A DNA stretch of 30,599 nt from positions 1 through 30,599 of IMG/VR virus record IMGVR_UViG_3300042887_004862. The stretch is one strand, 5' to 3'. Positions 15,588 to 25,322 of this stretch are shown in pieces. Made by a program: the position numbers and the translations under genes. The notes beneath the pieces were generated by a model. It searched no databases. It was not told the DNA's origin and saw only the letters and a program-made list of their open reading frames with translations. Source of the stretch: a virus (Duplodnaviria; Caudoviricetes). Position 1 is the stretch's first letter; each line of letters starts with the position of its first letter.

Positions 15588-18500
15588 ATGCCCCTGCTCT
15601 TTACGCAGGCCCGCGAGGTTTTGGCCGGCCAGCCGATCCGGGCCGGCGACTTGGCGTCCGTCGCCCAGGCGATCAACTCGCGGCGTTGGAGCGGCATCGG
15701 CGACTGGAACTGGCGCCTCGCCTACTACTTCCACGTCGGGCTTTTCCGCAAACCGCGTAACGACGAGGGCAGCCTTGCCACGCCCGAAAGCGAGTTCTGG
15801 AACTTCTACCAGATGCTCCGCCCCGAGGACGCCGAGTGGCCCACGACCGGTCCCGGCGAACCGCAGGGCGCCAACCTCGGCAATCACCTGAACGTCTTCG
15901 TGCTCGGGTCCGAGGCGCTGAACCTCGACAGCGAACGCATCCGCATCGAGGCCGTGCCGGTCAATCTGGCGACCCGCGAGGATCCCGCCGATCCGCTGGT
16001 CGCCGCCGACATCTGGGAACTCGGCAAGGCGCAGCGCGGGGCCTTCGATCCCACGACCGGCGATTACGGCTCGCCCATGTTCACGCTCGGCGTCAGCTAC
16101 GGCTACATCCGCGGCAGCCTCACGGGCACGCACGGGCTCAGTTACGGCGGCTATTTCCCGCGCCCAAACAATGCCGGCACTTGCGCCCCGATTGACGATG
16201 GCCAGGGCGGCGACTTCTACCCCCCAGACCTTCAAATCTTCTTCACGAACCTCGCGACCGAGGAGGTCGTCAGCTATTCCGGGACGTGCCCCGAGAAGCC
16301 CGAGGACGTCGCCTGGGTGGCCTACACGCCCTTCGCCTACTTCGTTTTCGGGAACGACGGCAGCGTCGATTACTACTCGAAGGCCGAGTGGATCGAGGGC
16401 CCCTACACGAACAACGCCGAGCTCTCGAAGGCCAACGCCAACGCCATCTCGCGCGCCGTGGCCGAGTATGCCGCCGGCTTCCGCGGCGACGAGACGCAGC
16501 GCCTGCGCTCCGATGGCGGCCAGGCCTCGGCCTTTCGCACGCAGGAATTCCTCGCCAGCCAATACGCCCTTGCCCCGCAGATCGGCTGGAACACGGGCGA
16601 CGCCATCCGGCCGTTTTACCCCCGCTGGCAACTGACCGGCGCCGATTCGCTGGCCGTCTTCCCGCAGGAACTCGACTGCAACTTCGGCGGGCGCGACTTT
16701 AACTTCCCGCCCGGCACCTTGGCGACGCACGTCCTCGTGATGGCCCGCGGCGTCGCCGCCCAGGGCACGGTCGTCGTGCGGATTCGCGACAACGACGAGC
16801 TGATTCAATCGGTCACGCTTACGGCAAATTCGGCCGGCGATGCCGCGCAAATCGTCCGGCTGGCCGAGGCCCGGCACTTCGCCGCGTTCGGCGTGGAGAT
16901 CGACAGCGAATTCAGCTTCTCCGCCGCCGAGGGCTACGTCGCCGTCGAGACGACCTGTCTGCTGGAATACAAGCCGCAGCTTTACGACCTCTACGCGACG
17001 CTCCGCCGCAGCAGCTACCGCGGCGGCATCGACCTCGACGGCCGGGGCATCGACGAGGATCTGGCGCGCGACATCTTCATCCGTTACCGGGACTACGGCG
17101 CAATCGTGCCCGTGTCCGAGATTGGGCCGGGCATGGATTCCGTGCTGAACCAGAACGCCGTCTTCGACGCCGCCCGCGAGCTGTCGAAATGCGTGCGGCT
17201 GCTGAACCGGCACCAGTTCGTGGGCTACGCCGTGCAGGACGGCAAGTCCATCCTTTACCTCCGCCGCTGGGCGCTGGGCATGTCGCACAATGTGCCCATC
17301 GACCTGCTCGAAGGCATTGCGCCCGCCCCCGAGGCCCCGGCGACCGATGGCCTGACGCGGGGCCGCCAATACCGGGTCGTGACCGGCGCGGTGCAGCACG
17401 AGGGCGAGCAATTCAACGCCGGCCAGACGTTCACGGCCCGAACGGCGATCTATTCCGGCACCGGCACCCTGCGCGAGGCCGACGGCATCTTCTCGGCCTA
17501 CCCGGGCGGCTTTTCCAATGGCTGGTGCGTCGACTTCACCTTCCGGCCCTACTACTGGAGCAATTCGAGCATCTGGAAGCCCGACAGCTACGCCGACATC
17601 CTGAATGTCCTCGGCGACCGCTGCACGCTGGATGACACGAACATCGCCCGCGACAACAACACGTTGCTCCATGTCGGCTACGGTCAGCGGCCGCTCTACA
17701 CGTCCGAGACGCCCAGCGGCTACCGCTACATGCCCACGCCCGGCACGCCGTTTAATCCGCCCTACGCCAACGGCGGAGCGACGGTGCCCTTCATGCGGTC
17801 GTGCCGCATCTACGAACCGCCCGTGCGGGTCGAAAGCGCGGTGATCGACGACACCTGGACCGCCAGCTTCGGCGAGCAGATCGTGAAGGTGACGATGACC
17901 GGCCGCGTGCATCATCATTCGACGGCGCCCAGCTCAATCAGTTCCTCGCTCGCCAGTTGGAACCTGACGGACTTGGCGGCCGAGGTCTTCGATTACCGCA
18001 CGACCGAAAACGCCCTGCGCGAATACCTGCTCCAGCAGCAGAGCGGTCGCCGCGCCGGCAATGCCGGGGCTGGCGATGCTGCCTTCACCTCGGGCCTGCC
18101 GACCGGCGGCGACGTCTTCGGGACCGTCTTCCCGACGCTGATCTTCACGAAGGACATTCCCGAGCCCTACCTCGACGGCAACGCCACGCTGGAGCCCGGC
18201 ACGGATTCGCCGGCCCTCAGCGAACATCTGCGCCTCGTCGAGCTTTACCTCCGCGCCGGCTGCGAAGGCTTCGTGGATGGCCGCGAATCCGCCGCCCAGG
18301 CCTGCGACAATTCCAATACGACGCTCTACGATTACACGTTCGAAAACCTGATGTTCGATGCCGACCAGAATCGGCATGTGCCGCTCCTGCCGGTCGATGT
18401 TCGGCCCGACAATCCGCAGGGGCACGGCCCCATGCCGATGACGTATCTTTACGCCGGCACGTTCAACACCCTCGCCCGCGCCGTGAACCGGCTTCGCACC

Positions 18501-19238
18501 GCGCGCCTGATGCTGCCAATGACCCTGGAGCATCGCGTCACGACGTATGTCCACACCCGCGACGTCACCAATCTGGTTCGAAACGCCACGAGCGCCCGGG
18601 CCATTGACGACGGCTGGAGCAAGGCCTCGGGGGTCGACTTCTCGATCTGGCTGCGCGCCGCGAGCGAAACCGAACTCGGCACGCCGACAGTCGGCGCGTG
18701 GACGCCGGGCGCGGGTGGCGGCGTGGCCACAAGCGTGGATCTGAGCAGCACCGGCTCGACGGCGACGCTCACGACGACCCGACAAGCCATCGAGTTTCGC
18801 TGGTCGCCCGACGGCAGCTTTGAAAACGCCATGCCGCCCGACCTTGCAGCGTTGGTCGATCTGGGCAATGCCGGCGTCATTTTCCAGCGGCAGGTCCTCC
18901 AGACGGTTGGCCGCTATGTGCGCGTTGCCGGCGAAACCAACGGCACCACCTGCAATAACACGGCCTCCGGCACGGTCCACGTCTGGAGCCTCGGCCCCGG
19001 CTCCGGCGAGGCCGTGCTCTGGGACGCCGAGGTCACCAACGAAGATCCGACCTGCGTGCTGCTGACGGCCGATGCCAGCGAGGACACTCCGAGCGGCGAC
19101 GTCTACATCTCCGACAGCGCGGGCAACACGAATCCGGCGTGCGTCGGCGGCAACACCCGCTCGACCAACCTCACGGCGGTCGTCGGCAACACCCCGGCCG
19201 TGACCGTGCCCGTGCAGGCCTACGCCGCCGGGGACTGA
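15588..19238 (+). CDS. Large putative virion/tail protein (1216 aa)
   Basis: Long ORF with backbone-type codon usage among structural genes; no domain recognised. Confidence 0.6.
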   Translation: MPLLFTQAREVLAGQPIRAGDLASVAQAINSRRWSGIGDWNWRLAYYFHVGLFRKPRNDEGSLATPESEFWNFYQMLRPEDAEWPTTGPGEPQGANLGNHLNVFVLGSEALNLDSERIRIEAVPVNLATREDPADPLVAADIWELGKAQRGAFDPTTGDYGSPMFTLGVSYGYIRGSLTGTHGLSYGGYFPRPNNAGTCAPIDDGQGGDFYPPDLQIFFTNLATEEVVSYSGTCPEKPEDVAWVAYTPFAYFVFGNDGSVDYYSKAEWIEGPYTNNAELSKANANAISRAVAEYAAGFRGDETQRLRSDGGQASAFRTQEFLASQYALAPQIGWNTGDAIRPFYPRWQLTGADSLAVFPQELDCNFGGRDFNFPPGTLATHVLVMARGVAAQGTVVVRIRDNDELIQSVTLTANSAGDAAQIVRLAEARHFAAFGVEIDSEFSFSAAEGYVAVETTCLLEYKPQLYDLYATLRRSSYRGGIDLDGRGIDEDLARDIFIRYRDYGAIVPVSEIGPGMDSVLNQNAVFDAARELSKCVRLLNRHQFVGYAVQDGKSILYLRRWALGMSHNVPIDLLEGIAPAPEAPATDGLTRGRQYRVVTGAVQHEGEQFNAGQTFTARTAIYSGTGTLREADGIFSAYPGGFSNGWCVDFTFRPYYWSNSSIWKPDSYADILNVLGDRCTLDDTNIARDNNTLLHVGYGQRPLYTSETPSGYRYMPTPGTPFNPPYANGGATVPFMRSCRIYEPPVRVESAVIDDTWTASFGEQIVKVTMTGRVHHHSTAPSSISSSLASWNLTDLAAEVFDYRTTENALREYLLQQQSGRRAGNAGAGDAAFTSGLPTGGDVFGTVFPTLIFTKDIPEPYLDGNATLEPGTDSPALSEHLRLVELYLRAGCEGFVDGRESAAQACDNSNTTLYDYTFENLMFDADQNRHVPLLPVDVRPDNPQGHGPMPMTYLYAGTFNTLARAVNRLRTARLMLPMTLEHRVTTYVHTRDVTNLVRNATSARAIDDGWSKASGVDFSIWLRAASETELGTPTVGAWTPGAGGGVATSVDLSSTGSTATLTTTRQAIEFRWSPDGSFENAMPPDLAALVDLGNAGVIFQRQVLQTVGRYVRVAGETNGTTCNNTASGTVHVWSLGPGSGEAVLWDAEVTNEDPTCVLLTADASEDTPSGDVYISDSAGNTNPACVGGNTRSTNLTAVVGNTPAVTVPVQAYAAGD

Positions 19239-19241
19239 CCC

Positions 19242-19481
19242 ATGCAATTTCGCATCCAGGGGAAAATGCGCCGGCCGACCAATCCGCGGCCACCGCCCGT
19301 GACCCGCCGCGAGGCCGCCTGCCGCGCCTGCGAATGGTTCAACGCCCCGCAGCAGAAGTGCGCGCACCCGAACACGGCGACCTGGGCGCGCTGCTGGAGT
19401 TGCCTGAGCCGCGACCGGCCCTGGCTCAAGCCCGGCGGCCACGACGCCTGCCCGCTCGGGGCGAAGCCCCCGGCAGAATGA
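19242..19481 (+). CDS. Small Cys-rich protein
   Basis: CRAC...C...CWSC...CP pattern, 79 aa. Confidence 0.5.
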   Translation: MQFRIQGKMRRPTNPRPPPVTRREAACRACEWFNAPQQKCAHPNTATWARCWSCLSRDRPWLKPGGHDACPLGAKPPAE

Positions 19482-19554
19482 AGAAGGAAGAATGCAGAAT
19501 GAAGAAGTCGCCGCCGCCGAGGTTTCTGCATTCTTCATTCCGCCTTCTGCCTTC
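19472..19554. repeat. Family B heptamer palindrome, copy 3
   Basis: ggcagaatgaagaaggaagaatgcagaatgaagaa - 17 nt - ttctgcattcttcattccgccttctgccttc. Confidence 0.92.
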
Positions 19555-19569
19555 CGCGCCCTTCGGGCG

Positions 19570-19596
19570 CACCATGGACGGCGGCGGCGCTGAGGG
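19570..19596 (+). promoter_or_regulatory. CACCATGGACGGC motif, copy 5
   Basis: ATGGAC at 19574-19579, 17 nt before ATG 19597. Confidence 0.65.
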
Positions 19597-22500
19597 ATGA
19601 CTCGCTTCGCGGTCGCCCTCATCCTTTTCGCGGTGCTGTCCTGGCCGACCCGGGCGCAGACTTTTATCCGCAGCCTGCCGACGTCCACCAACGTCACCTC
19701 GGCAACCAAGGTGCCCGTCGACGACGCGACCTACGGCACCCGCGCCATCACGGTCAACAACCTGCTGGTCGGCGTGTCGACCAATCCCGCCGTGCTGGCC
19801 GCAATCACCAACGTCGTCACCGACGTCTCGACAACCCTGCTCGGCAACAAGCTCGACACGACCAACGGCACTGCCGTGAACCTCACGGGGTCGTTGTCGA
19901 ACATTAGTCTCGGTGGCACCACAATTTACAGCGGCGCAGGTAGCAACGATCTGACTGCCAACACGCTTTTCAACCTTGGCCTGCGGGGCGTCAACGGTGA
20001 GACGGTCAGCGTGTATCCAACAGCGCACACGACCAAGAACATCGCCAGCCTGGTTGGACTCAACACCGGACTGGTCACCACCAACGCGACGGTGGAAGTG
20101 CGCGGCTATTATGAGCCCGGCGACGGTGGTGGTGGGACGTTTTACTATGCTCCGGCCGAGGCAACCAATCGCGGCACCGTGTTTCAGTCGGGCAGCGGTT
20201 CGTTCGTTTGGAAGCGGCTGGTTGACGGGCCTGTCACTACGGAAATGTTTGGCGCCATCCCCGATGACGCCACCGATGATACGGATGCCATTCAGGCCGC
20301 GGTAGCTTACGCCGAATCACAGGGCTCCGGTTACACCGTGTTTGCTCCAGGTGGAACTTATCTCGTCAGCGAGCCCATCGTCCTGACGAAGTGCGAGTTC
20401 TCCGGCGTCCGCACCCACCAGAGCCGCGTGCTGACGGCAGGCAACACGGTGTTCCAAACGACCAACTGGAACACGACGCTTTACAAGGAAGTCTTCGACG
20501 TGAACCCAACTGGCGCGAACGACGGCGCCCCGTGGCTGCATGACATTCAGGTTCAATCCTTGCGCACCAACACGATCACCAAGATTCCGATCACGGCCGT
20601 TTCCAGCCGGCGCGTGTTCTCCATTTCCACCAACACGACGCCGACTTTCCAGACGGGCAACCAGACCAACTTTTACCCGTATCTCGGCTGGGCTTTCTTC
20701 TACTCTCCGGCCGGCAATTACATGGGCGGCGGCACGGTCAGCACGGCGGTTGTCAGTGGCACCAACTGGGACATCACGATCACCGACGGCGATGACTTCT
20801 ACGCGACGCCAACCGGGACCAGCGGCCTGCTCTCGACTGCGTGCTTCGTGAACTTCTCCCCGCTCACCACGGCCGGCGGCGCGGATCGCTCTGACCCCAC
20901 GCAGGTTGGCGTCGCGGGCGTGCGGATGCGCGGCAGCATGAGCGCGAAGGTGGAGAACGTGGGCACCTACGAAACGTGGGTTGGCTTTGCGTTCTCGCCG
21001 GCATCCGGAACGTCGTTTCATTGGATGCGCGACCTGGCATCATGGCGCACGTCGTTTGCCGGTTACGCCTCCGCAGTCCGCAGCTATCAGGGAGCTTACG
21101 ATTACTCTGGCGAGGGCGTGCTGTTTGCGTCCGGCTTCTCGCCGAGCCTCGACATCTCCGTCGATAATGAGGGCTACAGCGCCGGCATGTTCGGGTTTTA
21201 CAATCCGCCCATCGCGTCCGGGTTCAATCAGATGTGGACCGATGGATTCGTAGTTGGAGCACAGAGCGATTTGCTGTCTGGAATCTCAGTGGACAGGATG
21301 AAGCTGGACAACTGCTTCCTGCACGGACTTGTTACCCTGGATGCCCTGTTCGACCTTGGCTATTCTACCGGGATTTCAGTTGGATCACTGGACATTCGAG
21401 GTCTGGTTTCATCTACTGACGTAATAGATGCGCCAAACGGCCGGGCAATCTGGATGCGTGGGAAAACGTATCCAGCCGAGATTTGGGCCGGGACGCTCAC
21501 CATACCTACTGCGCCATATTCGCGATTCGACTACGCAATTGACATCACCAACAGCGTGGCCAACTCGCTGACGATTGGTCGGATGATGACTGGCAGCGGG
21601 TTTACCAACTGGATTCCTTCAACGTCACGCCTGCCCGCGCTGCTCTCTAGCGCCTACGGGTCAACCAACAGCGCCGTCGGCTGGAGCTACAACAACACCG
21701 TGGCCAGGAATCTTGGCGCGGCCATTTCGTTGGCCAACAGCGGCACGAATCGGCTGACGGTCAATTCCAGCGGCGTGACGGGTTACTCCGCCGACGGTTC
21801 CACCGCCACCTTCGCGGCCGGTAACAACACGTTCACGGCTTACGGATCGACCAATATCTATCAGCGCACAACTGGCACTGGGGTTTACATCGGCGGTCGC
21901 TCCTCCGGTGAGGCAGCCGACTTCTCCGCCGCGTTGCTGTTGGAAAATGCGACCAGCGGCAACGTGGCATCACAGGTCAAATCGGCGTTTGGAACGTCTA
22001 CGTTTGACGGGCTCACCAGCGACGGAACATACGCCGCTCCAACGGCGACAACGGATGGCAGAAGCGTTGCCCAGTTTGGTGCTCGGCCATACGACGGCAG
22101 CGCCTACAACACCACGGCGAGACTGTTGTTCCTGACCGATGGCGCGCAGTCATCCACCAACCGCGGAAGCTATGCGCGGATTGAGCTAACGCCGCTCAAT
22201 ACGACCAGCCGAAACGCTTTCATCGTGTTTACGAACACGGGGGCAATTACCACGCCGCTTGGCAAGGTGGCGATCCAGCCCACGACCGAGACGCTCACCT
22301 ACTCAGGGGGCACAAACGTCACGATCACCGCGGGCAAAGGACCGATGCAGCGCAGCCTGTTGACGGTCACGAACAACTTCCAGTTGCTCTGGTCGGGATT
22401 GACCGACAACGACGGCGGCGTGGTGCATCTGATTCCCGACACCACCAATCGGACCATTCTCGTCAGTTCACCCGGCCGCGCCGCCGGCAGCACTGCCGCG

Positions 22501-22623
22501 ACGGCGACCGGCTCAACCACGCTCACGATCACCGGCGCCACGAACGGCTGGGCGGAACTCGCGTGGAGCGTGGTGTCGGTCGGTGGAACCAACCGCGTGT
22601 CGGTCAACCTGGGAGCCTACTGA
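19597..22623 (+). CDS. Tailspike/fibre-like protein with pectate-lyase-3-like entry and signal-peptide-like N-terminus
   Basis: RGYYEPGDGGGGTFYY, MFGAIPDDATDDTDAIQAA, APGGTYLVS typical of tailspike beta-helix starts; N-terminus MTRFAVALILFAVLSWPTRA. Confidence 0.75.
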   Translation: MTRFAVALILFAVLSWPTRAQTFIRSLPTSTNVTSATKVPVDDATYGTRAITVNNLLVGVSTNPAVLAAITNVVTDVSTTLLGNKLDTTNGTAVNLTGSLSNISLGGTTIYSGAGSNDLTANTLFNLGLRGVNGETVSVYPTAHTTKNIASLVGLNTGLVTTNATVEVRGYYEPGDGGGGTFYYAPAEATNRGTVFQSGSGSFVWKRLVDGPVTTEMFGAIPDDATDDTDAIQAAVAYAESQGSGYTVFAPGGTYLVSEPIVLTKCEFSGVRTHQSRVLTAGNTVFQTTNWNTTLYKEVFDVNPTGANDGAPWLHDIQVQSLRTNTITKIPITAVSSRRVFSISTNTTPTFQTGNQTNFYPYLGWAFFYSPAGNYMGGGTVSTAVVSGTNWDITITDGDDFYATPTGTSGLLSTACFVNFSPLTTAGGADRSDPTQVGVAGVRMRGSMSAKVENVGTYETWVGFAFSPASGTSFHWMRDLASWRTSFAGYASAVRSYQGAYDYSGEGVLFASGFSPSLDISVDNEGYSAGMFGFYNPPIASGFNQMWTDGFVVGAQSDLLSGISVDRMKLDNCFLHGLVTLDALFDLGYSTGISVGSLDIRGLVSSTDVIDAPNGRAIWMRGKTYPAEIWAGTLTIPTAPYSRFDYAIDITNSVANSLTIGRMMTGSGFTNWIPSTSRLPALLSSAYGSTNSAVGWSYNNTVARNLGAAISLANSGTNRLTVNSSGVTGYSADGSTATFAAGNNTFTAYGSTNIYQRTTGTGVYIGGRSSGEAADFSAALLLENATSGNVASQVKSAFGTSTFDGLTSDGTYAAPTATTDGRSVAQFGARPYDGSAYNTTARLLFLTDGAQSSTNRGSYARIELTPLNTTSRNAFIVFTNTGAITTPLGKVAIQPTTETLTYSGGTNVTITAGKGPMQRSLLTVTNNFQLLWSGLTDNDGGVVHLIPDTTNRTILVSSPGRAAGSTAATATGSTTLTITGATNGWAELAWSVVSVGGTNRVSVNLGAY

Positions 22624-22624
22624 G

Positions 22625-23023
22625 ATGAAAGCTGTTTCCATCGAACTGATCTATACGAAGCTGCGCGCCATTGGCGTGCGCGACATCGTGCTCATGGATT
22701 CGGCATATGCCGCGCCGTCGCGGGAATGGCTTGTTGAGTTCGGGAGCTATCTCGCTGGCAAGAAACTGGAGTTTATCCCGGAAACATTCGACTGCGAGCA
22801 GTTTGCCCGCTGGGCCGCGCACGAAGCGGACCTTGCATTGGTCAAAGCTGGCTTGCGTGATGCCGGCCACACTTTCGGCGAAGCCTCCTGTTTGCAGGAT
22901 CGCTCCGCGCATGTTCTCAACCTCTGCCTGTGCTCCGATGAAATACTCTATGCGTTTGAACCCCAGACGGGCTTGGTCACTCCTGCTGATGGTTTTGCTG
23001 TGTGGACTCGCGTGCGGATGTAA
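22625..23023 (+). CDS. Papain/transglutaminase-like cysteine-protease-fold protein (MOA agglutinin C-terminal-like)
   Basis: ATG 22625; FDCEQFA...HVLNL...FEPQT Cys-His-Glu pattern. Confidence 0.6.
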   Translation: MKAVSIELIYTKLRAIGVRDIVLMDSAYAAPSREWLVEFGSYLAGKKLEFIPETFDCEQFARWAAHEADLALVKAGLRDAGHTFGEASCLQDRSAHVLNLCLCSDEILYAFEPQTGLVTPADGFAVWTRVRM

Positions 23024-23056
23024 GACACCGCCCACGTATAACCCACCCGCCATGCG

Positions 23057-23821
23057 ATGAAAACGGTTCTGCTTTCCCTCCTGCTCGCGCTCCGCTGCTA
23101 CGCGCCGACGCCGCTGTTCTTCGCGCAGAACGGGGCGAGCGCGGCGGCATTCAGCCCGGCCGACGTTTCCGGGCTCACGATCTGGCTGGTTGCCGATGAC
23201 ATTTCTGGCAGTGACGGCGATACCTTTGAGACGTGGCCCGCGCACGGATCAACGACGATCTCCGCGACGCAAAGCACCGTTGCATCACGCGCAACTATTC
23301 AAGTCAGCGAGGTCAACGGTCACCGCGCCGTGCTGACCGACGGGGTGAATGACTGGTATGACCTCAGTTCAACCGTTTCCTCAACCGCAAGTTGGACCGT
23401 GTTTGTGGTCCAGAAGCGAACATCCAGCGGCGCCTACGCAGTGTTTCTCAGCAACAACAACTCGTCGGCCATGGCTCCCTACTCCCCGGTAGAATGGGGC
23501 GGAGCGAGTCAAACGTATCTTGGAACGCGGACGTTGCAGCGTTACTGGAGCGGAATTCCATCGGTAGACTGGCACGTTCTGACCGGACAGGATGACGCAG
23601 GCACGCCGTATCTGTGGACCGATGGAACTTCGCGCACGCTCACCCCGCAAGCATTTGGTGGAGCCTATGATTTTGCGCGGCTATTCCGTCAGGGCACCGC
23701 TTACTCAAGCCAATACGCCGCCGAGCTGATCTTCTACAACCGAACACTGACCACGACGGAGCGGCAGAACGTGGAGGCTTACCTACGGTCACCTGAGAAA
23801 TATGGAACCCCTGCGCCATGA
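23057..23821 (+). CDS. LamG/concanavalin-like beta-sandwich protein with signal-peptide-like N-terminus
   Basis: FSPADVSGLTIWLVAD, DGVNDW, AELIFYNRTLTTTERQNVEAYL. Confidence 0.7.
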   Translation: MKTVLLSLLLALRCYAPTPLFFAQNGASAAAFSPADVSGLTIWLVADDISGSDGDTFETWPAHGSTTISATQSTVASRATIQVSEVNGHRAVLTDGVNDWYDLSSTVSSTASWTVFVVQKRTSSGAYAVFLSNNNSSAMAPYSPVEWGGASQTYLGTRTLQRYWSGIPSVDWHVLTGQDDAGTPYLWTDGTSRTLTPQAFGGAYDFARLFRQGTAYSSQYAAELIFYNRTLTTTERQNVEAYLRSPEKYGTPAP

Positions 23822-24198
23822 GAATCATCCTTGCCATCCTGCTCGCAATACTCCCGCTCGCGCTGCTGGCCCAGACCAGCACCGTGGTCATCGTTCCCGC
23901 CGCCCTACGCGATGCCGCCAACGCACTGGCCAAGCAGGAGTTCGACCCAGTTGGCGGTGAGTTCACGTTCACCGCCGCGCTGGTCACGTTGCCCGCGACC
24001 AACGTGACGCACTTCTGGTGTGCGGCTCCGTTCTCCGCGACCAATCGCACCAAGCTCAACGTGTTGACCAACACACCACCATTTGCCGGCGTGACGCTGG
24101 TGCTGGATTACAACCTCACCAACGGCGCCGCGCCCTTCGAGTTCCTGACTCTCCACGGCCTCGCGCCCTACTCGCCGCCAATGTTTACCGCCCCATGA
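23818..24198 (+). CDS. Hypothetical protein with signal-peptide-like N-terminus
   Basis: MRIILAILLAILPLALLAQ; ATGA-coupled to the upstream gene. Confidence 0.6.
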   Translation: MRIILAILLAILPLALLAQTSTVVIVPAALRDAANALAKQEFDPVGGEFTFTAALVTLPATNVTHFWCAAPFSATNRTKLNVLTNTPPFAGVTLVLDYNLTNGAAPFEFLTLHGLAPYSPPMFTAP

Positions 24199-24495
24199 AT
24201 GGCGCCGAACTCACAACTGATTCGCCTCGGTGAACTCGAAACAGAAGTTGAGAAACTGAAGCAACAGATGACCGCCGTGAACAAAGACGCCCACACCGTG
24301 ACAGGAGATGTTGCCGCGCTAACTTCGGCCGTGTTTGGCGACCGCAGCGACCCGGACCGGCGCCCTGGGCTAATCGCCGACGTGCGCCAGATCAAAGCCA
24401 CGGTCGCAGAAATCAACGCCGCGTTGAAGAAGCTGATGTGGATGGTTGTGGGCGGATTTGTTGCTGGTCTAATAACACTTGTCATCAAACACTGA
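24199..24495 (+). CDS. Coiled-coil protein with C-terminal transmembrane segment
   Basis: LETEVEKLKQQ; LMWMVVGGFVAGLITLVI. Confidence 0.6.
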   Translation: MAPNSQLIRLGELETEVEKLKQQMTAVNKDAHTVTGDVAALTSAVFGDRSDPDRRPGLIADVRQIKATVAEINAALKKLMWMVVGGFVAGLITLVIKH

Positions 24496-24497
24496 CC

Positions 24498-24743
24498 ATG
24501 AGCGAAACAATCAAACTACTCAGCCGACGCGCCCTTTGCTGGCGCACCTGGCTCCACGGACTGCTGGGCGCCTTCATTCAATCCGGGGCCACTGCGGTCA
24601 GCGTCATTGCCATCGACCCGGCCAAGTTCAACCTTAACGAAGGGCTGGCCAACCTCGGCAAGCTCGCGCTCGTCAGCGGCATTGTCGGCGCGGCGCTTTA
24701 CCTCAAGTCATCACCCGTCCCACCTGAAGCCCATGAAGACTAA
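24498..24743 (+). CDS. Holin-like membrane protein
   Basis: 81 aa with two hydrophobic segments; WLHGLLGAFI...YLKSSPVP. Confidence 0.5.
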   Translation: MSETIKLLSRRALCWRTWLHGLLGAFIQSGATAVSVIAIDPAKFNLNEGLANLGKLALVSGIVGAALYLKSSPVPPEAHED

Positions 24744-25143
24744 ACTCCGCAACCTGACCGAAGACTGGTTCGCACCCATCGCCGTCGGCCTGCTGCTGTG
24801 GCTGATCGGCTGCATGGCCACCGGCTGCGCCTCCACCAAGGCCAACAGCCAGAAGACCCTCGCCGGCATCCAGTATGGCGCCGACGCCGCCATGAAGCTG
24901 TGGGCCGGCTACGTGGTGCGCGAACAGAAGCGCGCCGATGCCTTGCCCGATGGCCAGCGCGAAGCCGCCCACGCGAAGCTCCTAGAACGCCGGCTGCAAG
25001 TGGACGATGCGCGCCGCAAGTTCTCCGCCGCATGGGCCACCGCCTTTGCCGCCGCCCGCTACGACACGCAGCAACCGGCCGCCGGCCAGGTGCTGAGCCT
25101 GCTCACCAACCTCGAAACCACCGTCAACGCCTTCGCCAAATGA
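24733..25143 (+). CDS. Lipoprotein (possible spanin component)
   Basis: ATG 24733; hydrophobic stretch followed by lipobox-like ATGC. Confidence 0.55.
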   Translation: MKTKLRNLTEDWFAPIAVGLLLWLIGCMATGCASTKANSQKTLAGIQYGADAAMKLWAGYVVREQKRADALPDGQREAAHAKLLERRLQVDDARRKFSAAWATAFAAARYDTQQPAAGQVLSLLTNLETTVNAFAK

Positions 25144-25322
25144 CTGCCATCGCCATCCCGCTTGCCATCGAAGCCGCCAAGGCTCTTGCGCCGTTTGCCA
25201 TCGATGTTCTCCGGCTGCTGAAGCAACGCGGCGAACTCACGCCCGAGCAGATCGCCGAACTGCAAGCCCTCAACGCCAAGACCGAAGCCGACTACGTGAA
25301 GGCAGCCGGCGGAAGGGAATGA
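25140..25322 (+). CDS. Hypothetical protein (60 aa)
   Basis: MTAIAIPLAIEAAK...GELTPEQ; ATGA-coupled. Confidence 0.55.
   Translation: MTAIAIPLAIEAAKALAPFAIDVLRLLKQRGELTPEQIAELQALNAKTEADYVKAAGGRE

Noticed and set aside
7809-19600. Conserved peptide MKK...FLHSSF...TMDG across B elements as a real protein family
   Set aside because: The frame is kept in three of four copies but broken at 25532, and the similarity follows directly from the DNA repeat
4283-19709. Long minus-strand ORFs (601, 522, 886, 903, 591 aa and others)
   Set aside because: Antisense shadows of GC-rich plus-strand genes with no recognisable motifs
23057-23821. Diversity-generating retroelement target
   Set aside because: No reverse transcriptase and no template/variable repeat pair seen in the window
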